This document shows positions 46,462 through 59,170 of a stretch of 64,000 nucleotides of DNA, piece after piece (the stretch's first letter is position 1; the number at the start of each line of letters is the position of its first letter). Source of the DNA: Octopus bimaculoides (taxonomy: Eukaryota); assembly GCF_001194135.2 (NCBI RefSeq), contig NC_068985.1, positions 62,990,239 through 63,054,238 of the forward strand, given 5' to 3'. The notes under the pieces were generated by a model. It worked only from the letters and a program-made list of their open reading frames with translations, had not been told where the DNA came from and made no database searches. The translations under genes were made by a program, and so were the position numbers.

Positions 46462-48560
46462 CAAATCTGAAGTGATATTGAAAACGATTAGCACTTTGCA
46501 AGTGATATTCAAAACAAAATCATTTAATTGTTTAGATGTTACAAGTGAAGGTGTAATTAAGCCATTAATAGAGAAAACAGCATTTGTTGCTGTTATGTTT
46601 GGTGAGACTAACAGACCTTCGAAGGAAATTTTAACTGTCACACGTTTTGCGATTGGTTGATGAGAAAGAAAGGCTTCACGGTAGGTTTAATGGATAAGTC
46701 GATATCAATAAAGACAGAAAAGTTGCATCACTAACTCCCGAATGTCGAATTTTATTCCAAACTTTAAAAAGAATTTCGACTTTTTTCTCAATGTCGACGG
46801 CTTGAATAGCCCCGTACTGGATGAAATCGCTGGAAGGTGATTTCCGAAGTTACCTGAATTAGAATTATTCATCTCGACAAGTATTCATTTTGTCCAACGA
46901 AATTGCTTTGCTTCGTGAGGTATTTTCAACCATATTACAAAATCCAGATGATTTTGCACAGGCAGGGGGGACTCATTGCAATCCTAGAAGACGTTTTGTG
47001 GCTTTACGAGCCAAATTGTGTGACTCAGAGATTCTGTTTTCGATTCTTCAAAACATATCCCTTAATATTTCGAAGTGTTTTTTTGAAGTTCAGAGATTCG
47101 AAAAGCAATTAGCGTATACTGTAGTGGTAGGTGTAATTTTTGTATTAATCGAGATTAGGCTCACTGCATATATTTCTGTTGTGTCGATGCCCCCATGCGA
47201 AGAAGTAGGATCTCCCAAGACATATAAATAGAGGTAGTCTGGCCGTGGTAGGTGTGTTGAGTAGCAGTTGAGTAGTGTTGAGTAGCAGTCGAGTAGCAGT
47301 TGTGTAGCGGTTGAGTAGAGATTATCCGAAGGTGCTAGATAGCAGTAGCTTGAGACATAACAATTTCAAACAGAAAATATTAAACATTAGATTTATTTAA
47401 AGGCAGAACATGAATACATATATAAATTATCAAATCTTCACTGGTCAAGCAGCAATGGGATAGGGATCGACTTAACTGTGATTGCTCGGCCATTAGTTAT
47501 TTTCAAGATACGAGACTGACGAAGTTTTGTTCTTGATTTTCTTGGTTAGAACCGAGTTGTGTTCTCTTCGAATGCCATGAGAACTCTGGTTGATTTCTAA
47601 CGCTAAACTACTTAACTGGAGAAAAAGTGCATATCTCAAGGACAATTGGGATGATGTTCTAATTAGTAGTCGGATCTCCTGCAAACCGATTGGTCGAAAA
47701 AAAAGGTGTTCAGGCAAAGATTTCATGCCTCAACTATGGCTCATTCATGATAGTAAAACGATAATTTAATGAAAGAAATTCAAATCATAGGGCTCACCAC
47801 AATATCAAGAACAACAAATTTGAAGAATTTTACTGCCAGGCTCTGGATGGTGTCGCTGAACCACTAAAGAAGCGTGGTCGACATAAAGAACTAGAAGTTG
47901 CTTTAAAACTTTTGTTTAACAACATTTTGCATGAAGTTATGTTTGATGAGACTACAGACCTTCGAATGAAATCTCAGCTGTCATACGTTTTGTGAATTGT
48001 TGATGAGAAGGAAAAGCCTCAGGAAAGGTTTTTTTTTTCGGATGCGTCGATGTCAGTAAAGATTGAAAAAATTTATAACACAATTGTGTAAAATTTTCTA
48101 GTTCAAATTAGTTGCAGTTTTGAATCCGAAGCTTTTTCACTCTTACGACAAAAAGTTTTGATGGAAGCATTTTCGTCTTTGAATATCTGTAAAAACATTA
48201 AATTTAGATGGATTGAAATACGAGCTAAAACCCATTTATGCTGCAGATTTTGCAAAGTAAGTGTCAAACATTCAAGAAATTGCAGATATAATACGGAAGC
48301 TTGAACTAAAACAAGCTGTGGCCAGAGTTACAAAATTACGATGTCTGATTCTGACTATATCTACAACTGCTTCCTGTAATATATAGCTTTTTTCGTTAAA
48401 GCGAGTAAATAGTTATATGAGGTGTTCTCAAAGTAAAGAGTGATTCAATAATTTAGTTTTCATTTTCGTAAATAAAGACCTTTTGAAGAAGATAAAGGTA
48501 GAACGTAGTGCTGATACATTTTATACTAAGGTGATCGATGAATTTGCCGTCAACCCCTAC
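46462..48560 (+). mobile_element. hAT transposase remnants (ZMYM1/DUF4371-like), two rearranged segments
   Basis: SDIQN...FVAVMFGET (46601); *NYSSRQV (46860); VMFDETTDLRMKSQLSYVL*IVDEKEKPQERF (47945); dimerisation-like LILTISTTASC...LKRVNSYMRCSQSKE*FNNL (48340-48480). Confidence 0.85.
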
Positions 48561-49145
48561 CACTGTTCATCTCAGGTTAGTGATCAGCACAACCCCGAGC
48601 AATAGTTGACCACCTAACTTTATAAAGACTGTTAATGCCAAATTCAGTGAATTTCACATTAAAGGGGATATTCGCCCCCTCTCCTCTCTGTCCAGTTTAT
48701 CACATTCTCTCAATCAACTGAAGGAGAAACATTTTCCGGCTCCTCCGCATGAGTAGCTACACTGGACCGACCCACCAGGGTTTGTACAACCTGTTTTTAC
48801 CTCAGACAATGTCAGGAAGGCGACTGCATCCTTCCCGGCGGGTTCTGGTGCTGTGATCGATGGCTTACGACCTCAGCATCTCAAAGATGGTATCTTCCTG
48901 TCAGCCGGTGGCGCTGGTCTTGAGACCTTGGAAAATCTAACACAGTTCATAAACTTGTTCTCGTCCGAGTACCCTTTCCTACATTCGTCCCCTGTTCTTT
49001 AGGGCTAAACTATTTGGTCTCACCAAGCCCAAAGGTGACCTCCGCTCCATAGCCGTTGGTTATACTCTGCGACAGTTCACAGCAAATGTGTGTCTGTCCT
49101 TAGTTTCTAACTGCCTGTCCGCTGATTTTTTCCCTATTCAGTTAC
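48560..49145 (+). mobile_element. CRE-clade non-LTR retrotransposon RT fragment
   Basis: LKEKHFPAPP...VRKATASFPAGSGAVIDGLRPQHLKD, then after a frameshift IRPLFFRAKLFGLTKPKGDLRSIAVGYTLRQFTANVC...FFPIQL. Confidence 0.8.
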
Positions 49146-49149
49146 TCAC

Positions 49150-49640
49150 ATAACTATTTAAATCATTAAGTGAAGTCGGATGCCCAGGGGCATTATCTAA
49201 AATTAAAAGAATTTTGAAATCTAAATTATAATTTTTTTGCAATCTTTTTCAGATGTGGAACAAAAATGTATATTGAACAATTCTTCAAACAACAGCTTTG
49301 TTGCAAAAGCCCTTTTATTCGGTTTCCAAATTACTGAAAGAGATATGCCTTTTTATGCTCTTGGGTTCATTATACGATTAATTAGCATCGTTTTTAATTT
49401 GCATTCAACTTTGGCATTGCCTCCGAGTAGAAGTGTTAATTTATCCTTGGGTGCTTTATAACCTGGTGTCGTCGCCTCTTTTCTTGCCAGAAAATTCTTG
49501 TTGACATTTTATTCTCAGAATAGGCAAGTTTCGTCGACATTGCGGATTTGACGATAATCCTACCAATTTTCTCCAATTATATCTGTGAGCTGATAAATGT
49601 GGTTTTTCACTTATGGCCAATCGTACTTAAAAAATAGAAA
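49150..49640 (-). mobile_element. Tigger/pogo transposase fragment
   Basis: Minus strand: QIRNVDETCLF...PGYKAPKDKLTLLLGGNA...CKLKTML...NPRA*KG...VIWKPNKRA...FKILLILDNAPGHP. Confidence 0.88.
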
Positions 49641-49927
49641 ATGACACAAATGAATAAAATTCTTTAAAAAAAAGCACCTATTGTTTTGTTTTATTTAATT
49701 AAAAAAAACGATCAAAATTTACTTCAACTTGTAAATTTTATTTTTATTACAGTGAAACATTAGATACTATAAAAAAAAATCAAGGAAGCAGTAAAACCAC
49801 ATGAAATTCGTGGACTGCTGTTTTATCTTAGAAAAAAGTTATAATTATAAAATGCAAAACATAAAGAAAAAAATAGAAGGATCTCACCGATGCCTTTTTT
49901 TTTTATAAACGAGCTTTCCTGTATGAG

Positions 49928-50313
49928 TTGTTGTTGGCACTCCGTCGCTCACGACGTCGAGGGTTCCAGTTGATCCGATCAACGGAACAGCCTGCTCGTG
50001 AAATTAACGTGCAAGTGGCTGAGCACTCCACAGACACGTGTACCCTTAACGTAGTTCTCGGGGATATTCAGCGTGACACAGTGTGACAAGGCTGACCCTT
50101 TGAATTACCGGCACAACAGAAAGAGTAAGAAACAGTGAGAAAAAGTTGCGGTGGAAGAGTACAGCAGGGTTCGCCACCATCCCCTGCCGGAGCCTCGTGG
50201 AGCTTCAGGTGCTTTCGCTCAATAAACACTCACAACGCCCAGTCTAGGAATCGAAACCGCGATCTTATGACCGTGAGTCCGCTGCCCTAACCACTGGGCC
50301 ATTGCGCTTCCAC
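49928..50313 (-). mobile_element. SINE family C' (different tRNA head and body, tail shared with family C)
   Basis: Head gtggaagcgcaatggcccagtggttaggg...ggtttcgattcc; second copy at 63490-63782. Confidence 0.85.
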
Positions 50314-50589
50314 ACACACTGAACAAAACACATGGATTTTAGAAAATTTTTTATGATTTTGTTTCTGCATAAAATGTTCTTTAAAAATAGGCATGCTTCA
50401 ATATGGCTACGATATCCCTTTCAAATGTTGACACCAGGGCTGAAATTTAGGGTGAATGGGTCTTGTCGATTTCATCAACCCCAGTACTTGACTGGTACTT
50501 AATCTATCGACCCCGGACGGATGAAAGCAAATTCAACCCCGACCGAATTTGAACTCAGAGCGCAACTGCGGGCCAAATACTGCAAAGCG

Positions 50590-51015
50590 TCTCACCCGAT
50601 TTGCTAACAATTTGCATAAGAGTCCGACAGCCCCCATCTGGAAGTTCTGGCTTTCTTCCGGAGTTTTGTTTCGACGAGGAGGTTATTCTCTCTTTCTCAA
50701 ATGCTGTCATTACTTTCGAGACAAAACTTCTAGATACAGCAAACATTTCGTCTGTTTTCGTTACGCTAGCGCCTGCCATACGAGCACCAACAATTTGACC
50801 TCTTTGAAAGAACGATAGATCTGTCATTTTAATGAATTTAAATTACCTTTTTCTGATGATATCTGAAAAGAAGCAGCAATTTTAGCAAAACAACTTCAGC
50901 AACACTAATAATAAATCAAAAACATAAAAATAAACAAGCTTTTTACGGTTTTATAGATATTTCAAAATTATGATGCTATGATGCTAGGTGTTTCCATTAT
51001 TTTGTCCAACCCCTG
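50590..51015 (-). mobile_element. 5' end of a Tc1-like transposon (TIR plus HTH), truncated by a SINE B copy at ~50430-50590
   Basis: TIR CAGGGGTTGGACAAAATAATGGAAACACC; MTDLSFFQRGQIVGARMAGASVTKT...SGRKP. Confidence 0.85.
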
Positions 51016-51519
51016 CATANNNNNNNNNNNNNNNNNNNNNNNNNNNNNNNNNNNNNNNNNNNNNNNNNNNNNNNNNNNNNNNNNNNNNNNNNNNNNNNNN
51101 NNNNNNNNNNNNNNNNNNNNNNNNNNNNNNNNNNNNNNNNNNNNNNNNNNNNNNNNNNNNNNNNNNNNNNNNNNNNNNNNNNNNNNNNNNNNNNNNNNNN
51201 NNNNNNNNNNNNNNNNNNNNNNNNNNNNNNNNNNNNNNNNNNNNNNNNNNNNNNNNNNNNNNNNNNNNNNNNNNNNNNNNNNNNNNNNNNNNNNNNNNNN
51301 NNNNNNNNNNNNNNNNNNNNNNNNNNNNNNNNNNNNNNNNNNNNNNNNNNNNNNNNNNNNNNNNNNNNNNNNNNNNNNNNNNNNNNNNNNNNNNNNNNNN
51401 NNNNNNNNNNNNNNNNNNNNNNNNNNNNNNNNNNNNNNNNNNNNNNNNNNNNNNNNNNNNNNNNNNNNNNNNNNNNNNNNNNNNNNNNNNNNNNNNNNNN
51501 NNNNNNNNNNNNNNNNNNN

Positions 51520-51604
<85 letters not shown>

Positions 51605-52529
51605 ATATATATATATATGTATGTATGTATGTATGTATATATATATATATACATGCATATATGTACATATACATGTATGTGCATATGTGTGTGTGCGTGT
51701 ACGTGTTAGTACATCCACGCACACATTCAAACACATACTTAAGTATACACACGTTATATACAGAAATTTCTATCATTAATTCGCCACATTTGATATCTTG
51801 TCAAATAATAGGTCCCTCCAGGCTTTCAGTCTACCAAACACCGAACCACTCACTACCTACTTTTGTCATCTGAGTGCAGCGTACTCACCACGTGCCTCAA
51901 CCACTGTGTAGCCAACATTAATTTATATTAAAGATATCCAATAGCAACTTTTATTATTGTATATATCATGTCGTTTCCTACATACATAACACACATACAT
52001 ACATACTTACGTACATACATACATACATACATACACACTTACGTACAATCTTGAAATAAAACTGAACAATGACATACATACATTCATATATATATATTCA
52101 TTTATATATATACACACACATATATGTATATATCTAATTTGTGATAAATGGATATATGTCAATTATGGGTTGAGTAAAGCGCGTTCACACTTTGGGCTAC
52201 GTGGTGTTATCCGCTGTTGGGGTATATTTCCTCTGGATCTACGTCAGGAATTGAGCAGTGTTAGTTGAGATAAGGATAATCGATGAAGGAAACTGAAGAT
52301 AGATGTAGCAATAATCTTTATTCAACGCGAAGATCGTTTCGACCCATCCTGCAATTATCCGATATAAGTAGGATGTTGTGCTTCTATTTGTGTTGCATCA
52401 TTACGTGCAGTTTGTGCCTCATCAGGTGCATGCATAAAAAGGGGGATGTCTCGCTAGATAAAAATGTAGAAGAAAGATTACATTAAGATTAAGGCATAGG
52501 AGTCTACGATCGTCATACTGAATAAAGAC

Positions 52530-52670
52530 TAGTTTCCGTGGCATGGAACGTTCGGACATGTTGGTTTAAACCATTTAGCATATAGTCATAGTGTGCGATA
52601 TGGCTTGTAGCAGGCCTTGTACGGTATGTGGCATTGATAAGTTACAACAGCGACGAAACATTGATGAAAG
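52530..52670. repeat. Unclassified repeat, near-identical to 61411-61535
   Basis: About 115 bp align with only 2 substitutions, followed by a short indel. Confidence 0.85.
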
Positions 52671-53031
52671 TTTCTGCTAGCTCACCGACTTAATGAAAAA
52701 TAAAATTGCGAATTTACAACGGAAGCTGTTCAGAAACATTTCGTATATACGTGTGCGCGCGCGCATGACTTTGCGTTTTTCTCCATGCCACTTAACAATC
52801 GGTGTTGCTTTGTTTACGTCCCCATTAGTTAACGGCTCGGCATTAGAGAACCATAGGATAAGTACGACACAAAAAGAATAACATGTATTGGGTTCTATTT
52901 GATCGATTAAAACACTCTAAGGATGTTGCCCCAACCTGGCCCGCAGAGCAACGACTGGAACTAAGCGAAACAATAAAAGGATTAGCAGTTATCGTCGTCG
53001 TTAAGTACATTTTTTTACTGACACTTTTTAT

Positions 53032-53844
53032 CGGGGGCGGACTGAGCCGTCGGTCAATCGGGCATTGACCGAAGTCTCGGAGTACTGAGGGGCCTACACT
53101 CTACATGTTGACTCTACTAAAACACACATTCAAAGGGGCCCGGTAAACAGTTGTGCCCGAGGGCCCTTAATACTCTCAGTCCGCGAGCTGGCAGAATTGT
53201 TAGCACGCCGGGTGAAATGCTTAGCGGTATTTCGTCTGCAGCTACGTTCTGAGTTCAAATTCCGCCGAGGTCGACTTTACCTTTCATCCTTTCGGGGTGA
53301 ATAAATTAAGTACCAGTTACGCACTGGGGTCGATATAATCGACTTCATCCCTTTGTCTGTCCTTGTTTGTTCCCTCTATGTTTAGCCCCTTGTGGGCAAT
53401 AAAGAAATAAGAAACGTTAGCACGCCGGGCGAAATGCTTAGTGGTATTTCGTCTGCCGCTATGTTCTGAGTTCAAATTCCGCCGAGGTCGACTTAGCCTT
53501 TCATCCTTTCGGGGTCGATAAATTAAGTACCAGTTACGTACTTGGTCGATGTAATCGACTTAATTCTTTTGTCTGTCCTTGTTTGTTCCCTCTATGTTTA
53601 GCCCCTAGTGGGCAATAAAGAAATAAGAAACTTTAGCACGCCGGGCGAAATGCTTAGTGGTATTTCGTCTGCCGCTACGTTCTGAGTTCAAATTCCTCCG
53701 AGGTCGACTTTGCCTTTCATCTTTTCAGGGTGGATAAATTAAGAACCAGTTACATACTGGGGTCGTTCTAATCGACTGGCTCTCTCCCCCAAAATTTCCG
53801 GCCTTGTACCTAGAGTTGAAAAGAATACTCTCAGTCCGCCCCTG
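53032..53844. mobile_element. hAT-type MITE (~158 bp native) carrying a nested SINE trimer
   Basis: 15-bp TIR C(G/A)GGGGCGGACTGAG; perfect 8-bp TSD CTTTTTAT at 53024-53031 and 53845-53852. Confidence 0.9.
53185..53823 (+). mobile_element. SINE family B head-to-tail trimer
   Basis: Units at 53185-53410, 53411-53626 and 53627-53823; one 16-bp TSD AATACTCTCAGTCCGC at 53169-53184 and 53824-53839. Confidence 0.9.
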
Positions 53845-54225
53845 CTTTTTATAAACTCTGTTCCATAATTATCATTATTAATGTTATATAAGTATTAGAA
53901 TTATTAAAATGAGAATTGTTTTATTCTTATTCTATTCTCTTTTCGTCTTTAGAATGTTAGAAAATTCCAATATTTATGGAGACAAATTTTTTAAAATTGC
54001 TATCATTCCATGAAACGGAAGAAAATATTACATAATCCGAGGATATAAAATGAAAATAATACATCGTACGAAGGCATGCGAAAGTATATTCGTTTTATAT
54101 GACATCTCTTTTGATTTGTGAGATTAAGGACGAACATAACAGGGAAGATATTAAGTGCTTTGGAGCAAGATATATGTATTCTAGTTAGAACTGCACAGAA
54201 AATAATAATAACGATAACAATAATG

Positions 54226-54298
<73 letters not shown>

Positions 54299-54885
54299 GC
54301 GAAGAAGTGAATAGCAGGAAATAATGAGAAAAATATTCTCTATATGCACAAAGCATGAAGCATGAACATGTACATATATTCATGCGCACGCGCAAAAGGC
54401 AAAAGAGATATATATTTGCACCGCGATGCTATTAGATCAAATGTTTTTCTAATCTAAGTGCGATCGTGTGAGATTGTATGGCAGTTGGGAGCTTCTTTCT
54501 GTTTCGTAACAATCTGCTTTCATAATCTCACTAAATAACATAATGTGAAAGAGAGTTAAGGAACATGTTATACGTGTTAAATCCCATGACTATAGGTGTG
54601 TGTATGTGTGCGTGTATGTGCGTGTATGTATGCGTGTGTGTGTGTTAGTGTGCGCTTGTTTCCAGAGTAACATCTAGCAAGCGTTCATTCACGGGTGGAT
54701 GCTGAACAGTAATACTGAAACTGTGTGTTGTGTATTCATGCAAGCATTAATTCAGATGAATACCTTAAAGCATATTGAAAATATCCATCTACAAATCGGC
54801 TTTCTGTTCTGTGCACATCACATCTTGTCATTGTTCTACACAGCAATGACATAACGCGCGCACATACTTATAGGCATAATATATG

Positions 54886-54941
<56 letters not shown>

Positions 54942-55401
54942 TTATACGTATTTATGCATGTATGAATACATACATACTTACGCGCATATGAATTCACTGG
55001 GTTATAGACATAAGCATGCACACGGATGCATACACACACGTACACAAATGTATTAATATGTGTATAATCTTTTTGACATATCTATCATTCTATTTCAATG
55101 TATTATCGCTTCGCTTTTAAACTGGAATTATTTCCATATTCATTGAGCTCTCTGCTAAAACGCTTTACGCTAGAAAATATCTCTGTTATGGTTGCAAAAT
55201 ACTTGTTCTTATTAATATAACACCGCATTTTTTTCTTTCTTTTTTACACAACTTTACAATACCATTTCACACTTTCAGAAATTTACGCTCTTTGTAAAGT
55301 ATTTCACACGTAGTAAGGATTTGAGTACTTGATATTTTTTCTTTTTTTTTTCGAACCCGTGAATACAAAGGAGATAGCCGTCCCTTCACAACATACGGCC
55401 G

Positions 55402-55449
55402 TATTCCTCAACTTCAAATTCAAATTATTGAATTTGAAGTTGAGGAATA
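55402..55449. repeat. Perfect 22-bp inverted repeat with 4-nt loop
   Basis: TATTCCTCAACTTCAAATTCAA-ATTA-TTGAATTTGAAGTTGAGGAATA. Confidence 0.95.
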
Positions 55450-56619
55450 TAGCGGAGAAGATGCATAGAATGGCCACATTTATTTTTCATCTATTACGAG
55501 GTTCTTACAATTCATAGTTGGTGGCAATCATGTATAGCACTATTTCATTCTTTTTCAAAATCTTAAGCATGACATAACCTGTAACTTATTAGATATAACG
55601 CGAAATGGGGCATATCATTAAAATTAAAAACGATATTAATTACTTTCCGTTGGAAATTCATGGAATATTGTTTAAGGATTTATTTCTTCATAGGACGTTG
55701 GCAGTTTATGTCTTAAATTATTTTCGTATATTTCGGCTGGATTAAATTTAATCATAATATAGGGCTCTGTGACTGTTCGGAGGGAAAGAACAAAACATCC
55801 GTACACTGGAAGCTTGATCCGAGTTCTTGCAACAGTATGGAATCTGCTCAAAATACCCAAGTCGCTAGGTGGTGTCGTTGAACCAGATGGTAGATTAAGT
55901 CTACTTCCTAAGTAGGTCACGGCCGGATTTGAACTCAAAGCACAAAGACCCGGAGCAAATACTGTACAGCTTCTGATCCAGCTTTCCTTATAATTCTGTC
56001 AATCGAGTATCTAGTAGAGGACTTTTTATCGACCTTAAAAAAAGATAAAAAGTAAAGTCAACATCGGCAGAACTTGACTACAGAGCAGCGAGTTTCAGAA
56101 GTAATACTCCGTGACATTCTATCCAAGACTCTAACGACTCAGCCGTTTCATCTCTCCTAGTGATTAGAGCAAAGCTATATGCTGTAGTATGTGAGAAAAA
56201 AAGTAAATGCTATCAACAAAATATATTATATTCTACTATATTTTCGGGGTCGATAAAATAAGTACCCCAACTGAGCACTGAGATCTGTGCAATCTACTGG
56301 CCCACTCCTTCGATCTTACTGGCCTTGTGTCAAAATTTGATACCATTATCATTATTATTATTATTATTGATGTTGTTGCTGTTGCTGTTGTTGTTGGTAA
56401 GCCGGCAAGCTGGTAGAATCGTTAGCACTCTGGACAAAATGCTTACCGAAGTTTCCTCTGTTTTTATGCTTTGAGTTCAAATCTCACAAGTTATCTGTGT
56501 TGCTCATTCTTTTGGGGTTGATGAAATAAGCACCAGTTGAGCGCTGAGGGGCGATTTTAATCGACTAGCTCACAGACCAAGATTTCGGGCCGTGTAGCTA
56601 TAGTAAAAATTATTATTGC

Positions 56620-56656
<37 letters not shown>

Positions 56657-56861
56657 GTTGTTGTTGTTGTTGTTGTTATAATTTCTCATTTGAACTCTAG
56701 GAGTTGATGTAATCGACTTGCTCTTCCCCCAAAATTTCATCATCTTCATCGTCCTCCCTCTCATCTTCATCTTCCCCTCATCTTCCTCATTCCCCTCCTC
56801 CTTATCATCATCATTATCATCATCATCGTCATCATCATCGTCGTCATCATCATCATCATCG

Positions 56862-56893
<32 letters not shown>

Positions 56894-57274
56894 TCTTTGT
56901 CGTGAACGCAAGCATTTTCTCAGCGCTCCTCTTAAAAGTTATTTTCTTCTGCAATTAATTAATTTTTCCTCTTTTCCTTGTTTCAGTCATTAGACTGTGA
57001 CCATGCTGGGGCACACACTCTTGACGGATTTGAACAATTAAATCTTATTTTTTTGTTAAGTCTTGTACTTATTCTATCGGCACCGTTTGCCGAACCGCTA
57101 CTTTACGGGGACATAAACAAATTATCCTCAGTTGTCGAACTGTAGAGGAAGACAAGAATTGACATGCATACTCATGCACACAAACACACATATCTATTCA
57201 AACACACACACTTACACTCATATACACACACATAATTACTAATAATATGCAACAGGCCACCACATAGTTTCCTA

Positions 57275-57483
57275 TTTGTTTATTGCCCACAAGGGGCTAA
57301 ATATAGAGGGGACAAACAAGGACAGACAACGGGATTAAGTCGATTACATCGACCCCAGTGCATAACTGGTACTTAATTTATTTACCCCGAAAGGCTGAAA
57401 GGCAAAGTCGACCTCGGCGGAATTTGAACTCAGAACGTAACGGCAGACGAAATAACGGCGTGCTAACGTTTCTGCCAGCTCGC
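57275..57483 (-). mobile_element. Young SINE family B copy inserted within an older SINE A (56975-57620)
   Basis: Full tail and head with CpGs retained; SINE A tail lies to the left and SINE A head to the right. Confidence 0.8.
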
Positions 57484-57954
57484 ATAGTTTCCGTCTACCA
57501 AATTCACTAACATAGCAATAGTCGGTGCGATGGAATAAAAAAAAAACACTTGCCCGAGGTGCCGCGAAGTGATATTGAACTCGAAACCACGTAGTAGCAA
57601 AGTGAAGTTCTTGAGCACAGAAACATGCTCAATGAAAAATTACTTGATGCATAAACAGAAACTTTTTGGTGGAGTTCTTTTTACCAAATGATATTTGATC
57701 TTTGACGCCCTTACTCTTGGGTAGTGAAGAGAGGTCGTCTTTGTACATTTGTATTGTGTACACATAGTTTTGCAAATATTCAATTTTGTTTTCTCTATTT
57801 GAGGTTAAATTTGGCCAAATATGGGGTGCCCAGACGCTGACTAAGGGATGCGTATTTTCCTCCTCAGCCGATACGCTGCGATTTTTGGTTTTTCTTTACT
57901 AAATTTTTAACCTGATTTGATATATCTCAAAATGTTCCCTATATACACTGTTTA

Positions 57955-57989
<35 letters not shown>

Positions 57990-57991
57990 TG

Positions 57992-58033
<42 letters not shown>

Positions 58034-59111
58034 TGCGCGCGTGTGTGGTGAGGTGTATGGATGGATGTCGGGTAGAAAACACGGATTTAGTTGGCAGTCA
58101 TTGCGGTAGACTCTAAGTGTCTCGCCCGCTTCATGAGTCACTGTTGATCTCACGTTCGCAGAAACGACCAGTTAGAAGTCAACCTGTCAGCGACGACCAC
58201 GCTCGACTAACGAGTAGACGCGCATCATGTATGTATGTATGTATGTATGTGTCTGTGTGTATGTATGTATGTATGTATGTATGTATGTATGTGTGTATAT
58301 ATGTATGTATGTATGTATGTGTTTGTGTGTATGTATGTATGTATGTATGTATGTGTGTATGAGTATATGTATGACATACTGCACCCGTGATGACGCTCAG
58401 ATTCGGTGTTCTGTAGTTGTGGGAAGCGTGGAGTTAGCCCTTAATAACCATTATTCTCAGGTCCGTTCTGACCCGGAAGCAAAGTGCCTATTAAATGCCT
58501 ATCTATTAGTTAAATAGATGGGCCCCTAATAAGTATTTGACAAAACCGCGAGAAAAATAGTTATTATAGGAGAAAGATATTCTGATATAAAATTGCAATG
58601 AAAATAACACAAGTCATTTTCCATTGTTTGTCATTTAATAGCTTTTCAATTCTTGATCCATTTTGTATTTAATAAAGTCTTATAGCGATGGATGCAGGGC
58701 GTGAAAAGATTTCTTTCATCGTTTATTTGTTTCAGTAATTGGACTACGGCCATGCTGGGGTATCATTGAAGGGTTTCGTCAAACAAAAGGACCTCAGTAC
58801 ATATTTTTTTTTTAAGCCAAGTACTTAGTTTAACGCCCTCTTTTGACGCACCACACATCACGGGCACATAAACAGACCAACACCTGCTCGCAAGCAGTAG
58901 AGAAACAAACAGAAACACACACATATAAGGCAGTAAGCTGGCAGAAACGTTAGCACGCCAAGTGAATATGTAGAAACGCGGCCTGCCGGATACCTATTTA
59001 ACATAAACCACCTTATCTTTGCAAAACACTCTGGCCGGTGAGTAAAATGGTTCGTCAGTAAATCATAAATTTGAAAGAGAAGCGAAGAACACTCTAAGTT
59101 ATAGAGCAGTT

Positions 59112-59170
<59 letters not shown>

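Noticed and set aside
47120-47362. Solo LTR (TGT...ACA, TATAAATA, 11-bp repeats)
   Set aside because: No TSD or polyadenylation signal and no second copy; left as an unclassified insert.
49237-49590. Plus-strand exon with a good acceptor, or a P-element-like motif (RRHCGFDDNPT)
   Set aside because: It is the antisense of a clear Tigger/pogo transposase on the minus strand.
52395-52430. Minus-strand CTGATGA-GGCA...TGCAC hammerhead candidate
   Set aside because: GAAA is replaced by GTAA and no valid NUH site or stem III is present.
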